Shown in pieces: positions 53,001-64,000 of a stretch of 64,000 nucleotides of DNA. Below the pieces are notes generated by a model that did not search any database, was not told where the DNA came from, and saw only the letters and a list, made by a program, of their open reading frames with translations. The stretch's first letter is position 1. Every line of letters begins with the position of its first letter. The stretch is taken from the NCBI GenBank assembly GCA_016710625.1, contig JADJVK010000054.1, positions 65,040-129,039 of the forward strand. Direction: 5' to 3'. The DNA comes from Saprospiraceae bacterium. Its GTDB lineage: Bacteria > Bacteroidota > Bacteroidia > Chitinophagales > Saprospiraceae. Position numbers and translations under genes: made by a program.

Positions 53001-54886
53001 AAAAGAATTTATAGCTAAAACTATTGATTTTAGTTTGGTCTTTTATTTCTGCATTATTTTGTTCTTTTCAAAATTACATCAATTGTTGAAATAATATTTG
53101 TAATTACTTTCTTGGTTATTTAGTTCCAAACTACGGAAATTGGCGTAGCTAATTTTTGTTGTTTGAATTAACTTTTCAATTTTGATTCATACGAAATAAT
53201 TTCTGAAATTAATTCAGTTATTGACTTTATTTGCTTTGAAAAATCAGCCTTCCTTAAATCAAAATATTCAGTTTTATTCGCCTCTAAAAGTTTTTTTATA
53301 CTTTCAACTTGCAGTTGATAATTATCAAAATCATTGTTTATGTTCTGCTTTATCAAATATGGATTTTCGCCTATTAATTTTTGAGAATTCAAAAAAGAAC
53401 ATGATTGAATTGGCAAATAATCAATGTGTGTTTGATTTCCTTTTTGAATTAAGTCAAGATAATTATTTAGTTCTTTCGTAGAATATTCAAATTTCTCTTT
53501 GTCAATATTTAATTTTTGAGATTGATTTTGGCTTTTATTTTCTTTCAAATATTGCCCTACAATATTTGTCCAATTTTTTGAACCTAAAATTTCTTGACCA
53601 ATTTTTTGATGTTTTTTGTTGATACTTGTGATTAAATTCTTCGCTTTTTGCAAAATCGTTTCTAACGATTCTTTGGAATAATTATAACGATATTTTTTAT
53701 ATTCATAATCATCAACTCTGTCTCTAACAGAATCAACAACGGTTTTTCTATCTTTTACAATGTCCCTAATTAATACAATATTGTTGTTTAATCCTTTTTC
53801 AATTAGAGCATTATGTAAAACTTCAAGTGCAGTTCTTTTTTCACAAACTACAATTGTCTTTTTGTTATTTTCAAGTGCATTGATAAGTACTGCTGTAAGT
53901 GTTTGGCTTTTTCCTGTTCCTGGTGGTCCTTGAATTAATAAATTTCGTTTGCTCTCTAACGAATGTAAGATGCTTTGTTGCGATGGGTCTGTTTCAACTG
54001 ATGAAATTGGTTGAAATGAATTTCCTTCTAAATCTTCAAGGTTTATTTCTTGTTCTTCGAGTTTTAAAAGCTCATCAAAGTCGTTAATTATATTTTGTTT
54101 TTGAACCTCAAATATTGAAAATAGACCACTAAAATCAATTAGTGAATTTGAAAAATTAAGTGGTAATTTTTCATAATGATTTTTATCTCCAATAGATTTT
54201 ATATTTTCAAGGTTCTTTTCAAAAGTTTGTTTTAAATCATCTGGTACAGATGTATTTATTGAATTGATTAAGTTAGTACAAATCTCAATTAATTCGCTTC
54301 TTTCAATAAGTCCATCATCAAGCATTTCACTTGGTATTTGGTCTATGGCTACATTTGCATCGCTTTGCAAATGATTTATCAAAACTTCGTTTATGTAAAT
54401 TGGGTCTTCTTCATTTCTTAATATTTCCCATGTGTTGAATTCTTTTGTTCTTTTGATTCGTAATGACCAAATCAGAATAGGTGCAACTGTCAATTTGTTA
54501 TCCGCTTTATCTCGTCTTGCTAAAATTGGAAAACCAAATCCAAAAGTATTTATTCCCTTTTCGGATTCAATTGCTTCTGTCTGATTGATTAGGATTTCAA
54601 ATGCTTTTGTAATTTTTACAAGTTGAGCCTGATCATCTTCATATAAAGAAAACAAGTCTGGTACATTATTCTTCCAACTTATTCTAAATTTTAAAATTTG
54701 TTGAGTTAGTAATTCGGAAATAAAATTATTCGGTATGTTTTTATCAATATGTGAAAGTCTATATAAGTCAAACTTATATTTTGATTTTGATGGTATTGCA
54801 TTTAAATGAACACCTCGACGGTTTCCTATCTTAAGTCTTCTTTGTAGTTCTATTAAGAATTTCTTTGTTAATTCCATATTTATCAA
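50072..54886 (-). pseudogene. fragmented giant SF1 (Upf1/DNA2-like, AAA_11/AAA_12) helicase with a C-terminal DUF559 restriction-endonuclease-like domain and a GreA-C-like tail
   Basis: 53168..54886: N-terminal region plus Walker A LIQGPPGTGKSQT. 51874..52932: N/K/S-rich linker. 51186..51887: motif II DIVMFDEASQ plus AGDEHQMPP. 50946..51173: motifs V/VI QGDERDVIILS, NVIITRAKYKV. 50324..50812: DUF559/Vsr-like IAIECDGAKWHSSREAYLYDRHRQKILEDHGFVFHRIW. An unlisted ORF at about 50072-50320 reads ...SPLAISFIGHTIGDIVKIGNLDNFVEILEITN. Confidence 0.65.
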
Positions 54887-55225
54887 AAAGAGTGTTTCTA
54901 CGATCTATTAATAATTTCTTTCACAAGTTTTAATTTTTTACAATTTAAATATAAATAAGTTTATAGTTTTAAATTAAATAGTAAATGAAGCAGAATTTAA
55001 TATTTAATTTTTATATATGTATTTAAATTTATATATATTAAACATCAAATATATAAATAACTAAAATACATTTTACACAAAATATACAAATAAATATTAA
55101 AATATTAAATCAATTAACATTTGTTAACTGTTACTAAAAGGTTAATAAATTGATATATAAAATCTAATTTTATTGATAACAGAATTCTTAGTCTAGACAA
55201 ATGAGAATTCTGAACTTTCAATTTT

Positions 55226-56112
55226 TTATTCATCAATCTTTTCCAAAACTACAGGATTAGCAATATTCGAAAAATCGCCATTGATGTAGTGGATGATATT
55301 TTCAAAAGCTGTTCTGAAATATAATTCATATCCGTTTTGCTCCACATAGCCTAAATGAGGGGTACAAACAACATTGTCCATATTAAGCAATTCATAGTTG
55401 GTGTCATAGATGGGTTCATTTTCATAAACATCCACTCCGACAAATATTTTCTTTCCACTTTTCAGTACATTCAAAAGAGCATTTGGTGCAATCAATTCTG
55501 CTCTAGCGGTATTGATTAAAACTGCATTTTCCTTTAAGTTTATCAAATCACTTTCTGCTACAATACCGAAAGTAGCATCATTCAATCGTAGATGCAATGT
55601 AACAATATCTGCATTTTTGAAAAAATATTCTTTGCTCTCTGCTTTTTGGAAACCTGCTTCTACCGCTTTATTTCTGGATGCTTCACTTCCCCAAACCAAA
55701 ACATTTGCTCCAAAAACTTTTGCATACTGTGCTATTTTTTGACCTATCTTTCCATAACCCCAAATGCCAATAGTTTTTCCATGAATTGATGAACCAATGT
55801 TAATTTGCCACTGTCCTTTTTTCATCCCATCAATAGCTTGTGGCACTTTACGAACCGTATTCATCATTAATAACCAAGTTAATTCTGCAGGAGCAATTGG
55901 AGAGCCAATGCCTTCTGCAACAGCCACATTATATTTGTTGCAAGCTGCAAGATTTAAATGATTGGAAATCTTTCCAGTCTGACTAATGAGCTTTAGATTG
56001 GGTAACTTACTTAGTAAATCCTCAGAAATTTCAGTTCGTTCTCTGGTTAACACCAAAATTTCAGTTTCCTTTATGAGTGCTGAAAGTTTTTCAGTATAAT
56101 AGTAATTTTCAT
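55226..56112 (-). CDS. D-isomer-specific 2-hydroxyacid dehydrogenase (NAD-binding); N-terminus frameshifted
   Basis: The listed ORF starts at TTG. Upstream, MKITIILKNFQHS* reads in another frame. GIWGYGKIGQKIA Rossmann motif, and catalytic His in CTPHLGY. Confidence 0.7.
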
Positions 56113-56344
56113 TTTACATAAAATTTTATACTTTAAATAAAAACCACAAATTATATTTTATATAATGTTGAAATTGAAAAAAAGTAAACTTGAACTTTTA
56201 GAATTTTTTATTTAAATTATTGGTCTCTTTTTTTTCAAAAAATAGTATAGAATTGAATCATCTTAAAACGTTTTAATCAACATAATTAATTTATTGTCTT
56301 GGAATTTTAAGAAAATAATTAACAAAATCTTAATAATTAATTTT

Positions 56345-56716
56345 CTAATTATCACTTAAATAGCTTTTCAAATTTTTTGAAAATGCTAAAAAATAAAAAG
56401 CAATCAAAAATTCAATCATAATTCCAAACAAGAATACTGTTTTTGTATTTAATTTACTTGAATTATTATAAATGATTAAAGCAATTAATGGAATTATATA
56501 TAAAAAATTGAAAATCATAATTTCTCGAATATATTTCCATTTTAAAAATAAACCAAGAATATATAAAATACCTAAATCACCAAAAAAACTGATTTTTCCA
56601 GTTTTACTAACAAATAATTCTTTATTAAAATGTGTTGTAAGGCTTACAGATATGATAATGATGGAGATGAAAATAACTTCAATTTGCCCTAATTCTTTCA
56701 AGTTGATTTTTTGCAT
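56345..56716 (-). CDS. hypothetical small membrane protein
   Basis: 123 aa with 3-4 predicted TM helices, in an AT-rich region. Confidence 0.35.
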   Translation of the reverse strand: MQKINLKELGQIEVIFISIIIISVSLTTHFNKELFVSKTGKISFFGDLGILYILGLFLKWKYIREIMIFNFLYIIPLIALIIYNNSSKLNTKTVFLFGIMIEFLIAFYFLAFSKNLKSYLSDN

Positions 56717-56816
56717 TTTCGCTGTTTTTAAAATAATTATAATTTAAATTTTCATTTCAAGATGGCTTGTAACTAGTTGTTTTTTTATAATGCAATATGC
56801 AAAAGTTTTAATTTTT

Positions 56817-57857
56817 TTACAAGAAATTTATTACTTTTATAATAATACCAACAATCTCCCCAATATTTTCCATCTTATTAGGCAATAAATCCAAATTGGG
56901 TGCTTTTACAGTACCTAAAACTCTATCTGATTCAATGATGATTATTTCATCAAATACATTTTGGTCAATAAAAAATTGGAGTAGAGCTGCACCGCCTTCT
57001 ACGAGTAGTTTTCCAATATTCATTTGATATAAAGCTTTTAAAATGAGATTGATATGTGCTTCATTCATTGGAAAATCAATAATCTTTTGTTCACCAAGAG
57101 TAGGGTAGTTGGGCAGGGTGGAAATAATTATGCTTTTGTTGTTTTGGCGAATATTACTATTGATAGGCACCTTTCCATGCTGGTCAATAAAGATGGGAAT
57201 GGGCGATTTTCCATAAAATAATCGATTGTTCAATGTTGGATTATCAATCAACACCGTATTTGTCCCTACCATGATTCCATCCATTTCTGAACGGATTTGA
57301 TGTACAAATCGATTGGATAGGTTATTGCTTATGGCAATCTGCTCACCATTTTTAGATATAAATCCATCTTTTGTTTGTGCCCATTTGAGGGTAATATATG
57401 GTTTTTGCTGCAAGATATTTTTTGTAAAAGAGCTAATTAAAGCATTGCCCTCATTTTCTAAAATGCCCTGAACTACTGCTATTCCAGCAGCTTTCAATTG
57501 TGCAATCCCATTTCCTGCTACTTTTGGATTAGGATCTAAGGTACTCACCACTACCTTTTTGACTTGATGTTGTATCAAAAGCTGAGTACATGGCGGTGTT
57601 TTACCAGTATGACAACAAGGTTCGAGACTTACATAAACTGTGGATTCGGTAAGTTTATATTTGTTTTCTGGGGTCACTGAAGCGATAGCATTGACTTCTG
57701 CATGAGCACCACCAAATTGTTGATGCCATCCTTCTCCAATGATCGTATTTTGATGGACAATCACACAACCAACAAGAGGATTGGGCGACACAGCACCCAA
57801 TCCTCTCTTGGCTAAATCAAAACATCTTTTGATAAATATTTCGTGATTTTCTTCCAT
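56817..57857 (-). CDS. ribD: bifunctional riboflavin biosynthesis deaminase/reductase
   Basis: 346 aa. HAEVNAI...PCCHTGKTPPC zinc deaminase motif, followed by a RibD_C reductase domain. Confidence 0.85.
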   Translation of the reverse strand: MEENHEIFIKRCFDLAKRGLGAVSPNPLVGCVIVHQNTIIGEGWHQQFGGAHAEVNAIASVTPENKYKLTESTVYVSLEPCCHTGKTPPCTQLLIQHQVKKVVVSTLDPNPKVAGNGIAQLKAAGIAVVQGILENEGNALISSFTKNILQQKPYITLKWAQTKDGFISKNGEQIAISNNLSNRFVHQIRSEMDGIMVGTNTVLIDNPTLNNRLFYGKSPIPIFIDQHGKVPINSNIRQNNKSIIISTLPNYPTLGEQKIIDFPMNEAHINLILKALYQMNIGKLLVEGGAALLQFFIDQNVFDEIIIIESDRVLGTVKAPNLDLLPNKMENIGEIVGIIIKVINFL

Positions 57858-59364
57858 TAATCCATCTTTTCTGGTCTTAGATGCGGAAAAAACAAAACTT
57901 CTTGAATGGTAGATTGATTCGTCATCAACATAGCTAATCGGTCAATTCCAAATCCGATTCCAGCTGTTGGTGGCATTCCATATTCTAGTGCTCTCAAAAA
58001 ATCGTGGTCGATGAACATCGCTTCATCATCCCCTCTTTCCATCAGTTTTACTTGCTCCTCAAATCGCTCTCTTTGATCTATTGGGTCATTCAATTCTGAA
58101 TAGGCATTGGCAACTTCTTTTCCATTGATCATCAATTCAAATCTTTCCACCAAACCTTCTTTGCTTCTATGTTTCTTTGTTAAAGGGCTCATTTCCACAG
58201 GATAATCTGTGATAAATGTAGGTTGGATATATTTTCCTTCACAGGTCTCTCCGAAAATCTCATCGATAAGCTTTCCTTTTCCCATGGAAGCTTCAGTTTC
58301 TATATGTAATTTTTTACAAACTGCTCTCAATTCTGTTTCATCCATTTGGCTAATATCGATACCAGTATGTTCTTGAATTGCTTCAAAAATCGTCACTCTT
58401 TGAAAGGGGCTTTGAAACTAATAGTGTGGTCACCAACTGTCAATTCAGTAGTTCCATGAATTGCTATCGCCACTTTTTCAAGCATTTCTTCGGTGAAATT
58501 CATCATCCAAAGATAATCTTTGTAAGCAACATAGAATTCAAGCACCGTAAATTCTGGATTATGCGTTCTATCAATTCCTTCATTTCTGAAATTTCTTGAA
58601 AATTCATACACAAAATCGAAACCGCCAACAATCAACCTTTTAAGATACAATTCGTTTGCAATTCTCAAATACATGGGAATATCCAAAGCATTGTGATGGG
58701 TAATAAAAGGTCTAGCAGCAGCACCACCTGGAATGTTTTGTAGTACAGGTGTATCCACTTCTAACGCCCCATGATTGTCTAAGAAATCACGGATTGTCTT
58801 AATCATTTTAGACCTTTTCAGGAAAGTATCTTTTACATTTTCGTTTACCGTCAAATCTACATAACGCTGTCTTGCCCTTAATTCAGGATCAGAAAATGCA
58901 TCGAAAATATGCCCTTCAGCATCTTTTTTCACTACAGGAAGTGGCTTCAAGGATTTGCTTAATAAAGTTACTTCTTTCACTCTAATGGTAATTTCACCCA
59001 TTTTAGTTCTGAAAGTTTCTCCCTTTATTCCGATATAATCACCTAAATCTAAATGTTTGGCAACTAAATGATCAAAAATCAACTCAGCTTGTTCCCCAAA
59101 ATCATCTCTTTTGAAATAAATCTGAATTCTACCGCTACTATCTTTCAATTCTGCAAAAATAGCTTTCCCTTGTCCTCTTCTACTCATTAGCCTACCAGCC
59201 AAACATACCTCTTGAAAATTTAGTGGTTCGTCAGTAAATTCATGTTTGATAGTGTTGGCAAAAGCATTTACATCATATAAAGGAGCTGGATATGGATTGA
59301 TACCCAAATTTATTAATTCTTGTAGGGATTCTCTCCGCACTATTTCCTGATCATTAAGCATCAT
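57857..59364 (-). CDS. lysS: lysine--tRNA ligase (class II), split by a frameshift at about 58393-58396
   Basis: ORF 58393..59364 is the N-terminal anticodon-binding domain plus the start of the catalytic domain. ORF 57857..58396 is the rest of the catalytic domain ([33 protein letters not shown]). Confidence 0.85.
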
Positions 59365-59562
59365 TTATGATAAAATTTGTATCTGTAAATTATTATTAAA
59401 TAATTAAGAAGATTAAAAAAGTCTGCAAAATTAAAGGTTTGCAAGCAAAGAAACAAATTACCAAAAAATTACTAATTAATTAATATTAAAAAAAAATTAA
59501 AAAAAGAGATTAATTGCTATTTTTGTATCTGAACTTTAGTTTATTAAAACAATCTAATTTAA

Positions 59563-62500
59563 ATGAGGTTTATTGTCACGTCTTTAATATTTATAATATT
59601 TTCAAATATTAAAATATTCTCTCAAGCTCCAGTACTTACCACAACTGGTAGTACACCTACAAATACAACAATTTGTGCTGGTGGAACAGTAAATCTAGTT
59701 GCTCAAGGTCAAAATTTAACGGCTGGAAGTGTAAAATGGATAAGGCATACAGTACCTGCACCATCAAATATACTTTCTGGTGTGGAAATATGTGATAAGC
59801 CAATCAATGTACCACCTCCAAATAATGGTAATGTATTAATTGAATACCCATTCACAGCAAGTGGTGGCAATCAAGCTCCACAAATATCTCCAAGTGGATA
59901 TGTGACTGCAACAAATCTTTCTATTTCAAATGGAACTTATAATCAATCATTTAGTCAAAATGCATGTGATTGGCCTGCTACTGGTTCCATTTATGGAGGA
60001 CCATTCAATGGAGGTAGTTTTGGAGCACCACCAAATTATTATCAATTTACAGTAAATTTAACTCCTCCTACAGATTGTACTGTTGAGTTAAGTTCAATTT
60101 CTGTTGATTTTCTTGTTCTCAATATGGGCCCAAAAATTTTAAAGTAACCATGAATCCAAATGGATCCGGAGAGCAATTGTTAGGACAAGGTACTATAGAT
60201 AAGTTGTTCTGTAGATACCCCACCATCTGGGTCATGTACTGTTTTTTCTGCTGCAATAGTTCCTGTAATAAATAATGGGTCAATTGTTTTAGAATTTATG
60301 GTTGGGGAGGTACTGGATCGAATGCTGGTCAAGGTAAAATGAGACTAAAAAATTTGAAAGTAGAAGGAACATATGAATGTTTATCAAAATATACTGGTCC
60401 TATAGATCCTTGTGAAGATATGCCTGATTGTGGTGGTGTCACCAGTCAATCTTATTATTATTTTGCTACTTTTGTGCCAAGTACTACTGGAATTCCAACT
60501 GCTACGACTTCAGGAATTAAAATTAATGTAAATTGCCCAACGGTGATTGCAGGTAATAATGGACCAAAATGTTTGAATACAAATGTCAATTTGACTTCAA
60601 ATGCTAGTGGGTTAGGTCCTTTTACATATTCATGGACAGGTCCAAATGGATTTACTTCAAATCAACAAAATCCTGTAATTACAAATATTAATGGTGCTCA
60701 ATTTGGAGATTATACTGTTGTAGTTACTGGAGCTGGTGGATGCACTTCAACAGCAATAACTACTGTAGTAGAAAGTAGTGGCTTTACTGTAGATATATAT
60801 TCACAAGGTATTCCATTGCCTTCTGATGTTACTGTTTGTCAAGGGATTAATACAGTTTTGACAGCAACACCAAATGGAGGGACTGCACCCTATACTTTCA
60901 AATGGAGTACTGGAGCAACTTCTCAATCAATAACAGTTTCTCCCACATCCAATATTTTATACAAAGTTACAGTGACTGATAATACAGGATGTACTGCTGA
61001 AAAGTCTGTAAATGTTACTGTCGTACCAATTCCACCAACTTTGGCACCATTAGTCAGTTCAAATAGTCCTGTTTGTGAGGGTGATGAAATTAAACTGAAT
61101 TACTTATCCATGCCTGGGATTCCACAGCCCATATTGGATTTAATTCCAGGTTTGGAATATAAATGGTCTGGTCCAAATGGGTATGCTGATGTTGGGAAAA
61201 ATGTAATTATTCCCAATGCTATAGTTGCCATGTCGGGACAATATAAACTAGTGTTAGAGGTTTCTGGTTGCCAAAGTAAAGAAGGCATTGTAAATGTAAC
61301 TGTTAAGCCAGCTCCCAATATTTTTAATCCTGGAGATCAAAAGAAATGTGGTGATGAAAATGGAAATGCAACCTTCAACTTAAATTTAATTAACAATACA
61401 GTTAATGGGGGAATTGGTGTAGTTTCTTGGTGGCAAGATGACAAAGGTACGATTCCATTGTCGCCGCCAATTGCATTTGTGGTTAATATTTCATCAAGCC
61501 CATTGAAAGTATATGCCAAAGTTACCAATAATGGATGTTCTTCAAAACTACAAGAAGTAAATTTAATCGTTAATCCAACACCAGTTATTGAAAAAAATGT
61601 TATTGATGAAAAATGTAAGGCTGCTATTGGATTGACACAATTCAATTTAACTAATATTGCAGTTTTGGTAAATAGTGGATCTAGTGATGTTGTGAAATTC
61701 TATAAAGATTTAGCAATAACGCAGCAAATTACTGGTACGACTTATGGTGTAAATGCTACAACGACAATTTATGCTACAGTTTCCAATGGGTTTAATTGTA
61801 CTGCAGGTCCAGTACCAGTCCAATTGATTGTAAATCCAGTTCCTGATATTACTATAAATCCTACAAATCCAAGCTTTTGTACAGGTGATTCTGTACTATT
61901 AACAACAATTTATTCAAATGGAACACCCAATTATAATTTCAAATGGACATTACCCAATAGTACAAATTTTAATGATTCAAGTTGGATTCAAGCAAAATTA
62001 GCTGGTACATATGTTGTAACTATAACTGATTCAAAGGGTTGTGTTAGAACAGCAACAGGTACTGTAGTCGAAAATGGGGCACCTAAAGTTACAATAACTC
62101 CAAATCCATCAAGTACTATTTGCAAAGATTCATTAATCAATATCAATTTAAATGTAACTGGAGGAAATCCAGGTTATATCTATAATTGGAAAACTCCAGA
62201 TTCCACTTTTATTGGCACAAATGCTTATGTAGCTAGTTCAAATGGAAATTATTCTATTACTATTACCGACCAAAAGTCATGCAAAACTATAGCAAGTACT
62301 CAAATTATTGTCAATGAAAATCCAATTGCAAATTTTGATAGTACAATTGTAGAAATTTGCAACGGTTCAAGTTTTGCTACACCGATTTCTTTTATAGGAA
62401 AAGCACCTTTTACTTTTACCTATACAATTAATAATCAAGTAGCTACAACAATAAATACTTCAAATAATCCTTATGTACTAACTGGTAGTCCTTCGAATGA

Positions 62501-64000
62501 TGAAATTATTCGCTTAGTATCTATTGTTGATGCAAATAATTGTATTAATATATTGAATGATAGTATATTAGTTCATGTACATCAACCCATTTCTATTTCA
62601 GGATTGCAGGATTCCTGTTTGCTAAATAATACCTATATTGTTCTATTTAATATCAATCCTGGTATTCCAAATAATCCAACTGTAACTGGCTCTGTATCTG
62701 GAAATATTGTTGGAAACCAATTCATATCTAATCCTATTCCAGTCAATACAGCTTATAATTTTACTATTACTAATGGTGGATTATGTCCAGATATCAAGAT
62801 AAATGGTATAAAGAAGATTTGTAATTGTGATACAAAAGCAGGAGAAATGAGCCAGATTCCCATTAATTTGTGTGATGGGGACACTTTGTCTGCACCCTTC
62901 TTAGGAGGTTATTTTTCTGATGGGAATGACACATTACAGTTTGTTTTACACGATGGAAACGGAAAAGCTTTAGGGAATATTTTTGCAAAAAGCTATACTC
63001 CATTTTTTGACTTAAATAAAATTAATGGGATTGTAAAAGGGAATACGTATTATATCTCTTCAATTGCAGGTGATAATATTGGAAATCAAGTAGATATAAA
63101 TGATTTGTGTTTCAAAATTTCTATCGGAACGCCTATTCAATTGAATGAAAAGCCAACTGCAATTTTATCAGGAAATAATACCATTTGTTATGGTGATACT
63201 TCTATTTTAACAATTTCTATAACTGGAACTCCGCCATTTATTTTAAAATATGAAGAAAGTGGGAATATAAATACACTTAATTTTACAACTCCTACTTATA
63301 TTATTTATGCAAACCCCTGCCACATCGACTAGTTTCAATTTTCTAAGTATTAAAGATAAATATTGCAGTACAAACCTATCTCAATCATTCAATTTGAATG
63401 TAATTCAACCCAAAAGTGGTTCATTTTCACCGACAGTTTGTATCGGAGAAACTTTTACGTATAAAGGTACTGTTTACAATGCTTTATTCAATTCAGATAA
63501 GATTTTGTTGAAAAATGGCGCTGCTTCTGGTTGTGATAGTATTGTTGATTTCAAACTTAATTTCTTTGCTCCAATTGTAAATAATGTGGATCAAATATTG
63601 TGTTTTGGCCAATCTCTAACATTCAATAATGTCGTTTATTCAGAATTAAAACCAACTGGTACAGAAGTTATAAAAAATGGTGCTTCAAACGGATGTGATA
63701 GTACGATCAATATTAATTTAACTTATACAAATGCTGTTGTAAATAATTTAAAACCAATTATTTGTGTAGGGGAGAATGTCCTAATAAATGGAAAAATTTA
63801 TGATGTAAACAACCAAACTGGCTCAGATACATTAAAAGGTGGAAGTTATTCAGGTTGTGATAGTATTATTAATGTGAAATTGAGTTTTTATCCCCCTGCA
63901 AATGCTAATTTCAACACAACACTTTGTATTGGAGAAACGATTACTATTGGAAATACTACTTTTTCTGAATCTAATAATACTGGAGTTGTTACTTTGAAAA
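59563..64000 (+). CDS. giant cell-surface adhesin-like protein with SprB-type repeats (GGTAPYTFKW motif) and a second 54-aa Cys-rich repeat class; fragmented by frameshifts; 3'-partial at the window end
   Basis: 59563..60147 gives the signal peptide. 60339..63332 carries repeated C..G..L.A...GG..PY.F.W / Y.W.GPNG...Q.P.I units. 63400-64000 carries tandem 162-nt repeats (C.GE..., GCDS..., L.F..P) in a different frame and stays open to the window end. Confidence 0.6.

Noticed and set aside
1-64000. Searched for tRNA/rRNA genes, CRISPR arrays and IS elements or transposases.
   Set aside because: The only GC-rich structured stretch is the 5466-5500 hairpin, which has no cloverleaf. There are no repeat-spacer arrays, no transposase-like ORFs and no terminal inverted repeats bounding a gene. 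None were found.

Overview
This is a low-GC (about 30%) Bacteroidota window, most likely Flavobacteriia. Five proteins end in classic type-A T9SS C-terminal sorting domains, the rpsU-xerC-hpf arrangement is present, and the promoter shows the TAnnTTTG -7 motif. Most of the window is ordinary chromosome: glgC/glgA, a quinone oxidoreductase, cutA, rpsU/hpf/kdsB, ribD, lysS, a TonB-dependent receptor, a flotillin, isoaspartyl peptidase, a large TPR protein, a patatin-bshC-GT39 operon, a START-domain protein and an MsbA-like ABC transporter. Four things stand out. (1) A roughly 1.9 kb stretch (about 14.2-16.1 kb) is almost pure purine on the + strand, with G10+ and A17+ runs. It truncates a TerC gene on one side and a GxxExxY gene on the other, and TerC decays gradually into it. 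I read this as most likely an unpolished or artefactual assembly segment; it would be extraordinary if real. All six-frame ORFs inside it are compositional artefacts. (2) Many genes are split by frameshifts, including the essential single-copy lysS. Others are the ClC channel, the MsbA-like ABC transporter, an S9 peptidase, a PKD/T9SS protein, a 2-hydroxyacid dehydrogenase and the adhesin. This points to systematic indel errors rather than mass pseudogenisation. (3) An AT-rich segment (about 49.8-56.8 kb) carries a roughly 1,600-aa superfamily-1 (Upf1/DNA2-like) helicase fused to a DUF559 restriction-endonuclease-like domain, shattered into at least five ORFs. It is a candidate degraded horizontally acquired defence or repair gene. 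(4) A divergent pair of paralogous T9SS cargo proteins flanks cutA and an S9 peptidase, and a giant SprB-repeat adhesin runs off the 3' end of the window. I found no tRNA, rRNA, CRISPR array or obvious IS element.
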